IMG/VR virus record: IMGVR_UViG_3300022871_000011
Span: 1 to 64,000 of that record
Strand: one strand, 5' to 3'
Source of the DNA: a virus
DNA length: 64,000 bases
Part shown: in pieces, positions 56,577 to 64,000 of the stretch
Numbering within the stretch: the first letter of the stretch is position 1
How the letters are laid out: every line of letters begins with the position of its first letter
Position numbers and translations under genes: made by a program
The notes under the pieces: model-generated
Told to the model about the DNA's origin: nothing
Databases searched by the model: none
The model's input: the letters and a program-made list of their open reading frames with translations, nothing else

Positions 56577-56967
56577 AAAACTCATCCTCCATTTGAGCAC
56601 GAAGACCTAGTTGCTGTTTAGAATACTTACCATTACGGGGAGTACTTTTTAAATAGTATTTTAAAATGATAGACATCCTGTGTTTTTTACTTCTCTCTTT
56701 GATATAAGGGAAGAGAAGTACACAGGCATTATAAGCTCGCCTGTGGGAGATAGACCACACAAAGGCAGGCTTATGGTGTGCTTGATATGTTTTTTGTGTT
56801 CTTATGCAGCCCCCAAAGTGCTCTGCAAGGAATTCTAAAAGACCTCTATCTGTGTTAGTCATGGATATTATTACTGTCTTGTTGCTCTCGGCACTGCGGC
56901 GCATGAATGTTATTGTTCCCTCGCCGTCAAAAAGACCAGCAGCATATGCTAGTTCTATCTTTTTCAT
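56551..56967 (-). CDS. Free-standing single-motif LAGLIDADG endonuclease
   Basis: LAYAAGLFDGEGTI, ISMTNTD, HFGG; AAGGAG RBS. Confidence 0.88.
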   Translation of the reverse strand: MKKIELAYAAGLFDGEGTITFMRRSAESNKTVIISMTNTDRGLLEFLAEHFGGCIRTQKTYQAHHKPAFVWSISHRRAYNACVLLFPYIKERSKKHRMSIILKYYLKSTPRNGKYSKQQLGLRAQMEDEFFTPFDYFS

Positions 56968-57023
56968 AACTTATATTCTCCTTTATATTATTGGACCATG
57001 GTATAATACAAAGGATTACTTGA

Positions 57024-57158
57024 GGGGGCGAAGCGAATCGATTGCTTAGCGAGCAAGTTATCCGGCGTGGTAGCCCACACGGACAAATGCTTTAGACGTA
57101 ACCGTGGATGACCCAAGCGTTAATCAAGACCAGGGCTCGCAGCCCTGCGCCTCCACCA
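57024..57158 (+). ncRNA. Miniature tmRNA-like RNA (135 nt): tRNA-Ala-like domain, no evident tag region
   Basis: GGGGGCG/CGCCTCC+ACCA with G3-U70; stemless D-loop ending TCGA; P2 GATTG..GCTT/AAGC..TAATC; GAC linker then T arm CAGGG/CCCTG; TGGTATAAT promoter at 56999-57007. Confidence 0.7.
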
Positions 57159-57177
57159 ACACCTCCAACCACTAACT

Positions 57178-58557
57178 ATGAAAGGATATATTATGAACGA
57201 TCTAGTATTAAAGCTCGTCGAACAAGCCGAGCTCAAACATTGGCAAGTCCTACTCGTAGGAGGCGCCGTAAGGGATCAGTTCTTTGAAAAAGCTGAAGAA
57301 GTAAAGGACTATGATCTAGAATTCTACGGCCCAACAGCTGAAGAGCTAGAAGAGTTCCTAAGTAAAATAGGAAACGTCAAAGCAGTTGGCAAAAGCTTTG
57401 GTGTTTATAAGTTAACAGTAGATGATATTGATCTTGATGTGTCCTTACCTAGAAGGGAGAACAAAGTAGGTGTAGGGCACAAGGGTTTTGTAATTGAAGC
57501 GGACGGGAGCATGACTCCTGAGGAAGCCGCTACTCGAAGAGACTTCACTATGAATGCCATCGCAATGAACGTGCGAAGTGGTGAGGTCCTGGATTACTTT
57601 AAAGGCTTGAATGACATCAAGGACAGGATACTTAAGCACACATCGGATCGGTTCATTGAGGACCCACTGAGAGTGCTACGTGGTTTCCAGTTCTGTGGTC
57701 GTTTTGGTCTGTCCGCGGATAAGTCAACGTTAGAGCTGTGCGAACAGCTACTCCCACAATACACCGAGCTACCAAAGGAACGTGTATGGATGGAGTGGGA
57801 GAAATGGGCCGATAGATCTACCAAGCCCTCTTTTGGGTTAAAGTTCCTTAAGAAGACAGGTTGGCTAGAGCTCTACCCTGAGCTATATGACCTGGTAGGA
57901 CTGGAACAAGACGCGTTGTGGCATCCTGAAGGGGATGTATTTACACATTCGTGTCAATCCTGCGATGCTATGGTTAAGCTATGTGATGAGGGTGGTAAGA
58001 AGGGTAGGGACCGTCAGGTTCTTATGTTTGCCATACTCTGTCATGACTTAGGCAAGGTTGTAACGTCAGAGATCAATGATCAAGGCCGTATAATTTCCAG
58101 AGGCCACCCTGAAGCGGGTGAGGAGTACACCAGGCTATTTCTTAATAGTATAGGTGCACCCCAGGAAGTTATCGAGAGGGTTATACCTCTGGTCGTTAAT
58201 CATATGATGCACTTATCAGAACACTCGACCAAGTCGGTCAGGCGTTTGTCCATTAGATTAGGGAAAGCCAATATCGATGAGCTTGCTTATGTGATAACGG
58301 CGGACTCACGTGGACGTGGAAGTTTATCAAAGAATGAAGTACCCGGATTAGCTGAACTGATTAGACTGGCCAAAGAGGTAAAGGTTCAGACCTTTGCCCC
58401 TAAGCCTATCTTAAAGGGTAGACACCTTATGGACCTCGGTCAAGCGGCCGGACCTGATATGGGTAAACACCTTGAGAGAGCCTACCAAGCACAGCTAGAT
58501 GGATTCTTCTCCACAGAGACCACAGCAATACAGTGGTTTGTGGATCACACAAAATAA
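57178..58557 (+). CDS. cca: CCA-adding tRNA nucleotidyltransferase with HD domain
   Basis: VGGAVRD, DYD, RRDFTMNA, EDPLRVLR, HPEGDVFTH, CHDLGK. Confidence 0.92.
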   Translation: MKGYIMNDLVLKLVEQAELKHWQVLLVGGAVRDQFFEKAEEVKDYDLEFYGPTAEELEEFLSKIGNVKAVGKSFGVYKLTVDDIDLDVSLPRRENKVGVGHKGFVIEADGSMTPEEAATRRDFTMNAIAMNVRSGEVLDYFKGLNDIKDRILKHTSDRFIEDPLRVLRGFQFCGRFGLSADKSTLELCEQLLPQYTELPKERVWMEWEKWADRSTKPSFGLKFLKKTGWLELYPELYDLVGLEQDALWHPEGDVFTHSCQSCDAMVKLCDEGGKKGRDRQVLMFAILCHDLGKVVTSEINDQGRIISRGHPEAGEEYTRLFLNSIGAPQEVIERVIPLVVNHMMHLSEHSTKSVRRLSIRLGKANIDELAYVITADSRGRGSLSKNEVPGLAELIRLAKEVKVQTFAPKPILKGRHLMDLGQAAGPDMGKHLERAYQAQLDGFFSTETTAIQWFVDHTK

Positions 58558-58578
58558 AAACTAAATAAGGAAATCAGA

Positions 58579-58935
58579 ATGATCTACCAACTGAATAAGG
58601 ATCAGACTCTTGAAGGGTCTGCAGAAGAAATCATTGAAGCTTTGTTGACAGACCACAGGGAGCACCTGTATCGTCATAACAAAGTTACACTGGTGAACCC
58701 CCAAAATGATGCAAAAGTGTACTACTACAAAGCTAAAACCAACTACTGCCCCACTTGTGGGATGGTACACGGTAGTCGCATACAATTGATTCCCAAAAAC
58801 CTGCCAAACTTCGAATCTTATTTCAATCCCGCCGTATGCACAATGTGCAGGCAGGGTGTGGGAACCGAAGTAGAGGATTGGATGAGGGAGTTCTTGGAGG
58901 ATGACCATGAAACACTGGCCGCCGCCAAAGGATGA
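58579..58935 (+). CDS. Hypothetical protein with two CxxC
   Basis: AAGGA RBS. Confidence 0.6.
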   Translation: MIYQLNKDQTLEGSAEEIIEALLTDHREHLYRHNKVTLVNPQNDAKVYYYKAKTNYCPTCGMVHGSRIQLIPKNLPNFESYFNPAVCTMCRQGVGTEVEDWMREFLEDDHETLAAAKG

Positions 58936-59125
58936 GTATATGAAGGACCTCTTCACACTAGCGTTGCACAATAAACAGCATGAAGATGCTTTTGTACATC
59001 GTAGGGGGCGCACTATGCGTCCCTTGTGTGATGCGGCCGTACCGTTAGAATGGCAGACGTTGGAAGACGACGATGTTACTTGCCCCGTCTGCATAGCTAG
59101 ATTAAAGGAGTTTAAATACAAATAA
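58901..59125 (+). CDS. Small zinc-binding protein
   Basis: H..PLC..VTCPVC. Confidence 0.55.
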   Translation: MTMKHWPPPKDEYMKDLFTLALHNKQHEDAFVHRRGRTMRPLCDAAVPLEWQTLEDDDVTCPVCIARLKEFKYK

Positions 59126-59203
59126 ATGGACAGCGGATTTGCACGGTTAGTTGATAATGTGTCCTACATGGTGTATCTTAGGTAAACAACTAAGAGGTAT
59201 ACT

Positions 59204-60166
59204 ATGAAATGTGCAGATGTAGGTTCGTTGCTAGAGGAAACACCTCAAGCATATTATTGGATGGGTTTTTTGATGGCTGATGGTTATTTGTCCGCTAAGC
59301 GGGTTACGTTAACACTCGCTCTAGAGGATGAAGAGCATCTACGTAGGTTTGGTAATTTTATCAGGTACTCAGGCAGGCGTAAAGCGGAGGGTAATAGCCA
59401 GAGCATATCTGCTATGGATACGTGTCTAATTCCTAGATTAAAACGTAAGTTTGATCTAGATAAACAGAAAACGTATAAACCACCTGCTCAACTACCTGAT
59501 GTGCCGGATGACCTGTTGTTATCCCTTATTATAGGGTTTATTGATGGGGACGGATGCATCAGAGCCCAGACAGGACGAATAGACCCCGCGTTGACAGTTA
59601 AAGTACACGACTCGTGGCTCGATATAATGGAGGATATGAGTTGTTTTTTACACGAGAGAGCCGGATGCTCTACGGTACATGCCCGTATAAATAATGCTGG
59701 TTATGCGTTTTTTACTGTAACCAACTCTATCGTCTTAAAATATATTAAGAAGGGAGCACTAAGATTACAGCTACCGGTTTTGGCCCGTAAATGGGACAAG
59801 GTAGACTTGGCTCATGTGAGCAGGGCAGAGTTGGGCCTTACACGAGTGGGGCAGGTAAAAGAGGCCTCTGCTAGGGGTTTAAGCCTTCAGGAGATGGCTG
59901 ATACGTTGAATCTTAAGTATAACACAGTCTACATGATTTGTAGACGTAACGCTATCGCTATGAATAAAGATAAAGAAGTAAGGCAGGTGGAAACACTAGC
60001 CCACGAGGGTTTAACCATCAAACAAATCGCCGCGGAATTAAAACTAAACTACAAGGCTGTTTATCTGCGTTGTAAAAGACATTCAATCGCGGTTACAAGA
60101 GAGAGGAGAGATAAAAAAGCTAATGTCAAATCAGTACTGGAGCGCGGATCTTCACATCTCGCATAA
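59204..60166 (+). CDS. Free-standing double-motif LAGLIDADG endonuclease with two C-terminal HTH repeats
   Basis: YWMGFLMADGY, LIIGFIDGDGCI; GLSLQEMADTL and GLTIKQIAAEL; promoter TTGATA-N17-TATCTT at 59151-59179. Confidence 0.88.
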   Translation: MKCADVGSLLEETPQAYYWMGFLMADGYLSAKRVTLTLALEDEEHLRRFGNFIRYSGRRKAEGNSQSISAMDTCLIPRLKRKFDLDKQKTYKPPAQLPDVPDDLLLSLIIGFIDGDGCIRAQTGRIDPALTVKVHDSWLDIMEDMSCFLHERAGCSTVHARINNAGYAFFTVTNSIVLKYIKKGALRLQLPVLARKWDKVDLAHVSRAELGLTRVGQVKEASARGLSLQEMADTLNLKYNTVYMICRRNAIAMNKDKEVRQVETLAHEGLTIKQIAAELKLNYKAVYLRCKRHSIAVTRERRDKKANVKSVLERGSSHLA

Positions 60167-60728
60167 GAATGTGATAGGTCATAACAATCGACCTTTTTCA
60201 TGCATAGAGGAGCATGATCAGGCTATGATTGATAATATAAATAATACCTGCACACGTAAGGATACCCTTAATATTATAGGGGACTTCGCATGGAACGATC
60301 ACGGTAAATGGCTTGCTGCTATCAAATGTAAGAAGGTTCTCATCAGCGGGAGCCACGACAGGATGGCGCAGAAGTACCTGGATTGCTTCACTGCAGTGTA
60401 CGATATGAGAATAATGAAACATCAACATGAAATATTGGTGATGGCTCATTGCCCCTTCCGTACATGGGAACGTTCCCATTATGGTAGTGTACTCCTACAT
60501 GGCCACTGCCATGGTAGACTGGAGACCTGGAACCTGTCGTTTGATGTAGGCGTGGACACCCATGACTACAAGCCGTATGCATGGGATGAGCTCAAGCCTA
60601 TGATAGACAAACGCAGAGATGAGATGAGAGCAGCAGGTAGAGTCGTGACAGAGGATAGAACAGGTAAAGTCCTGTGGAGACAAGATGATGTCAGGTTCTG
60701 GAAAGATAAGTACGATAAGAAAGAATAG
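60123..60728 (+). CDS. Calcineurin-like metallophosphoesterase
   Basis: ADLHISH, IGDF, GSHD, AHCP, LHGHCH, DVGVD. Confidence 0.88.
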   Translation: MSNQYWSADLHISHKNVIGHNNRPFSCIEEHDQAMIDNINNTCTRKDTLNIIGDFAWNDHGKWLAAIKCKKVLISGSHDRMAQKYLDCFTAVYDMRIMKHQHEILVMAHCPFRTWERSHYGSVLLHGHCHGRLETWNLSFDVGVDTHDYKPYAWDELKPMIDKRRDEMRAAGRVVTEDRTGKVLWRQDDVRFWKDKYDKKE

Positions 60729-60781
60729 CTCGCCCTGAGCTTAGCAGGGTATAAGTAATATTTTTCACTAATAACAAAGGA

Positions 60782-61060
60782 GTGACCATGTATCATTGCG
60801 ACAATTGTGGAGCACAAACACCATCAGGACAACGTGCTCTGAAGCATGCAGTTTCCAGGAAGAAAGAGTACCGCAACCATACCAAGAATGAAGCTAAGAA
60901 GCATACAGTCGGGTATGAGACAGAACGTGAGATGAAACTTTGCAGTAAGTGTAAGGACGATGTGGCAGCGGCTGATAAAGCGCATGAGGCCTTGGCCAGA
61001 GCGACGGAGCCCACACCACGTGAGATGACGGACTTTATAAATACACTTAACGAAATTTAG
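60782..61060 (+). CDS. Small zinc-ribbon protein
   Basis: CDNCG...LCSKC; AAGGAG RBS. Confidence 0.65.
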   Translation: MTMYHCDNCGAQTPSGQRALKHAVSRKKEYRNHTKNEAKKHTVGYETEREMKLCSKCKDDVAAADKAHEALARATEPTPREMTDFINTLNEI

Positions 61061-61071
61061 GGGGTGTAGGG

Positions 61072-61395
61072 ATGAAACCTCATATAGTAGACTTTCTAAG
61101 GAAGACCCTCAACAATGAGGCTGTTCCCGAAGAAGTACATAAAGACATCGTCGACCTCATGCTTGAAGAGCTGGGGTATGACGGCGTTGCAACAGGTGAA
61201 CGTTTCAGCTGCGTCCAACTGGTATCCGGAGATTGGATACCTGTTACGGCCTATGCTGAGATTAGCAGTCACATACTCGATGATAGTAAAATCGCAGCAA
61301 TCAAAGCATTGAGGGCCGCAACATCGTGGGGTCTTAAGGACTCTAAGGACTTTATCGAACGTTATTGGAATGAATTTAAAAAATCAGGAGATTAA
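61072..61395 (+). CDS. Protein with ribosomal protein bL12 (L7/L12) C-terminal-like domain
   Basis: KIAAIKALRAATSWGLKDSKDFIE matches the KIxxIKxVRxxTGLGLKEAKDLVE consensus. Confidence 0.75.
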   Translation: MKPHIVDFLRKTLNNEAVPEEVHKDIVDLMLEELGYDGVATGERFSCVQLVSGDWIPVTAYAEISSHILDDSKIAAIKALRAATSWGLKDSKDFIERYWNEFKKSGD

Positions 61396-61396
61396 A

Positions 61397-62716
61397 ATGA
61401 AAATGTTTTTTACAAAGAAGTTCTCGAAGAAGGAATTGGCAGCTGAGATCTATGATGCTATCCATGATACAGCGGAGATCAAGGACAACATCGACAGTGA
61501 CACGAACCTCAAGCTGCTGAAGACTCAAGAAGATATGGGTATGTATGTCTGGAACGCCCTCGTTGAAGTAGGGATCTGGGATGGTTATAAGAATAGCTTT
61601 GAGGTTGACTTCGAAAACGTCAGCATGACTCATCGTGATTTCGGTGAAAAGGATTTCCTGGGCTTTCATACCCTGGAGAATGACTTGACCTACCTTGGTG
61701 TATGCTTCGGTGGTGATTGGGAGACTCCTGTATATGCGGCTATCTTCCACGGTGGAGGGGAGCTACATGTGGCTGTACCTATTGATGGTAATACGTATAA
61801 CACCAAGACTGGTGGTGCGTATGGTAACGATGCCCTTGCAGATGCCTCCAACATGACTCTAAGAGTTATGCAGGAGCAGTTCAAGGACATGACATGTGAT
61901 CACATTCCGGATGCAGCAGATGATACAGAGGATGCCCTTATTGATGTAGGGGAGCAGCTCTCTACTATGATTCATCCCCGTTGTGACCTGATGATTGCCG
62001 AGCTAAACCGTGACTTACTCTATTATGATGTTAAGGCGGAAGAAGGCCAGCAGGTTGAACTACCAGAGCTGGCTGATATCACTACCATGATCCACGGGTC
62101 TAAGCTTGCTGATAATCTATCAGAAGCCATCAATGAAGCAGCAGACGCCCGCTTCCACGAGGATGACGGTAACTATGCTTGTGATGGTGCACTGGAGTGC
62201 TCAACAGAGGCTGTGGAGGCCTGGGTAGAAGCAGAAGGTCTCCGTAAATGTGACGATAAGGCTACAGAAGACGAGAAGAAGGAAGAAGCAAAAGAGGTAG
62301 CAGCGGCTGTGCGTAAGCATTTCCGTGATAACCTACCTAATGCTTTTCCTCTGCCCATTATCACAGAAGACCGTGAGATTCTATTCAAGCCTGGTGCACA
62401 CCAGGACGACGATGCGGAAGGCGAGGCTCTGGAAGATACTACTATGCGTCAGCAGGTAGATAAGTTCAAGGAAGCCAATGATGTACAGCGCCGTTTAGCG
62501 TTGCACAGGCTAACTGCACAGATCGCACAGGAAACTAAAATGCTTGCTCAATTGAGTGAAGCCGACCTCGAGCTCCTTATGAAAGAAGCCACCGAGAAGG
62601 AAGACGCAGCAAAGGAGGCAGCAGATGATAAGGACGATGCAGCCGGACCCGATGCTGATTCGGACGAACCGGAAGCTACGAGTGGTAGTGAGGGCGGAGA
62701 CAAAGAGGCTGGGTGA
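61397..62716 (+). CDS. Acidic hypothetical protein
   Basis: AGGAG RBS; GGDWETPV motif. Confidence 0.7.
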   Translation: MKMFFTKKFSKKELAAEIYDAIHDTAEIKDNIDSDTNLKLLKTQEDMGMYVWNALVEVGIWDGYKNSFEVDFENVSMTHRDFGEKDFLGFHTLENDLTYLGVCFGGDWETPVYAAIFHGGGELHVAVPIDGNTYNTKTGGAYGNDALADASNMTLRVMQEQFKDMTCDHIPDAADDTEDALIDVGEQLSTMIHPRCDLMIAELNRDLLYYDVKAEEGQQVELPELADITTMIHGSKLADNLSEAINEAADARFHEDDGNYACDGALECSTEAVEAWVEAEGLRKCDDKATEDEKKEEAKEVAAAVRKHFRDNLPNAFPLPIITEDREILFKPGAHQDDDAEGEALEDTTMRQQVDKFKEANDVQRRLALHRLTAQIAQETKMLAQLSEADLELLMKEATEKEDAAKEAADDKDDAAGPDADSDEPEATSGSEGGDKEAG

Positions 62717-63341
62717 TACAACTTACTCAACCTTGTACGGACCGTCAGGCGCAATATTTATTTCGCCTGTTCGGTTTACTTCATATGAAAGCCTTGATGT
62801 GTATACCAAGGAAGTTTTCGGACTAAGTGCAAGTATACGTATGAGAAGTTTCGACGAAACAAAAAGGAGGTATGATATCAAAGACCTAAAGTATAAGAAT
62901 CCTCCGGACAAGTTGCCGGATGGCTCGCCCCGCCCAATGGGTGCACACGAATACTCCGAGCGAGAGCTTAGAGAGTTTGCCCTGCACCTAGCGGATAACA
63001 AGATCTTCAGTAGCAGGCACATAAGACCCGGTGAAGAGGATATGTTGAGTACTATCTTCATGCCCCTGATATTTCAAGGGCAACACTTTCGTGCTTACAT
63101 GATACGTGCGGAGATAACCACACTCTTTGAGTACATAGACAAGGCAGGACCACAGGGTATCAACGGATATCCTATGTTCACGTCGTTTCGATGTCTAACA
63201 GAAGAACAAAGCAAAAGGATGTTTAACTATTATGACGAAGCAGAAAAAGTCAGAGAAGCCTTCCTATCCGCTGGTGGATCAGGACAAGTGGTTAAAGAAG
63301 ATCCGGCTGAACAAAAAGTCAGTGCAGGAAAACCATCTTAA
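62625..63341 (+). CDS. Hypothetical protein (start uncertain)
   Basis: ORF; C-terminal IFMPL..INGYPMF region. Confidence 0.55.
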   Translation: MIRTMQPDPMLIRTNRKLRVVVRAETKRLGDTTYSTLYGPSGAIFISPVRFTSYESLDVYTKEVFGLSASIRMRSFDETKRRYDIKDLKYKNPPDKLPDGSPRPMGAHEYSERELREFALHLADNKIFSSRHIRPGEEDMLSTIFMPLIFQGQHFRAYMIRAEITTLFEYIDKAGPQGINGYPMFTSFRCLTEEQSKRMFNYYDEAEKVREAFLSAGGSGQVVKEDPAEQKVSAGKPS

Positions 63342-63579
63342 GATATGTATCATGTGTACCGAGCATGGCTTGAACTATGCATGGACACAGAACCAGCTGG
63401 CGGATATGATGGATAAATTGGAGGGTTGCCGGCGCGATTCCGCTTCTAAGGAGTGGGACTTCGACTTCGGCAAAGAGGGTGAGCAATGTAAAGGTTGTGG
63501 GTTTGTAGCAGCACATGTTGCTTTGAACTTCTCAGATAAACTAGCAAAAGGAGATGACGATGGCGGCAATAATGAGTAA
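63232..63579 (+). CDS. Hypothetical protein with two CxxC (start uncertain)
   Basis: CIMC...CKGC. Confidence 0.5.
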   Translation: MTKQKKSEKPSYPLVDQDKWLKKIRLNKKSVQENHLKICIMCTEHGLNYAWTQNQLADMMDKLEGCRRDSASKEWDFDFGKEGEQCKGCGFVAAHVALNFSDKLAKGDDDGGNNE

Positions 63580-64000
63580 AGCCAGAAGAATGGCCATATT
63601 AGGCCGCATTGGTGTCTATAATGACTTGGAGATGCACTTCAAGACAGGCTTGGCTGGGAAGGGCTATATACCCGCTAAGTTCATACCCAAAGACGCAGAA
63701 CGCTTTGCATGTGTAAGCCTTGATTATACAGTCAAGGAATCAGGTGCTAAAAGGCATTCACATTATGTTTTATTTAGATGGGTAGTAACCGAAGACGCAG
63801 AGGAGGCGAGGGAGCATTGGGTGGCACTAACACTCAAGCAGTGCCCGGATGAACCAGGCAGACCTGGACAGACTTGGCGTATGAAGGAAACTACACTCTC
63901 GGGCTGGTATTATGGTGTTTATAATGAACGCCTGAATAAAGAGCCCATTAAAGGAATAGAGGTCACAAAGCTACATATGAGGAAACGGGTACCTACCGAA
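63560..64000 (+). CDS. Partial hypothetical protein running off the window
   Basis: AAGGAG RBS then ATG GCG GCA ATA...; appears open to the window end. Confidence 0.55.
   Translation, partial: MAAIMSKARRMAILGRIGVYNDLEMHFKTGLAGKGYIPAKFIPKDAERFACVSLDYTVKESGAKRHSHYVLFRWVVTEDAEEAREHWVALTLKQCPDEPGRPGQTWRMKETTLSGWYYGVYNERLNKEPIKGIEVTKLHMRKRVPTE

Noticed and set aside
1-64000. Stop-codon reassignment
   Set aside because: Long conserved genes read intact in code 11; TAG, TGA and TAA all end genes; apparent breaks in polA and the helicase are explained by introns

Overview
This 64-kb window is part of a large (probably jumbo-type) tailed dsDNA bacteriophage genome using the standard genetic code. 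1-9.9 kb holds three Ser-rich (mucin-like) proteins, a tail fibre with a C-terminal chaperone-like region, and a glycan-modification cluster (GT9, methyltransferase, sulfotransferase-like, GT8). 10-23 kb holds small Cys-rich genes sharing a junction motif, a BNR sialidase-like gene, an intein-containing terminase large subunit, and three structured RNAs, two of them enlarged tRNA-like molecules. 23-45 kb is the replication/recombination module: SbcD, ClpP, SbcC, an SF2 helicase with one group I intron, a DnaB-like helicase, primase, a family A DNA polymerase with two group I introns, RecA and RuvC. 45-64 kb is accessory: a MoxR-like AAA plus VWA-metallopeptidase pair, a glycosylase, a 135-nt tmRNA-like RNA, a CCA-adding enzyme, LAGLIDADG endonucleases and an L7/L12-CTD protein. 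The most striking observation is the terminase intein. A complete 458-aa LAGLIDADG endonuclease with its own SD site is encoded inside it in a different frame of the same strand, while the intein frame also stays open across the whole 1.4 kb. Also notable are the non-canonical tRNA-like RNAs (two giant tRNAs, a mini-tmRNA, a ~257-nt structured RNA) together with a CCA-adding enzyme, and a candidate virion O-glycosylation system. All calls are by eye; no searches were run.
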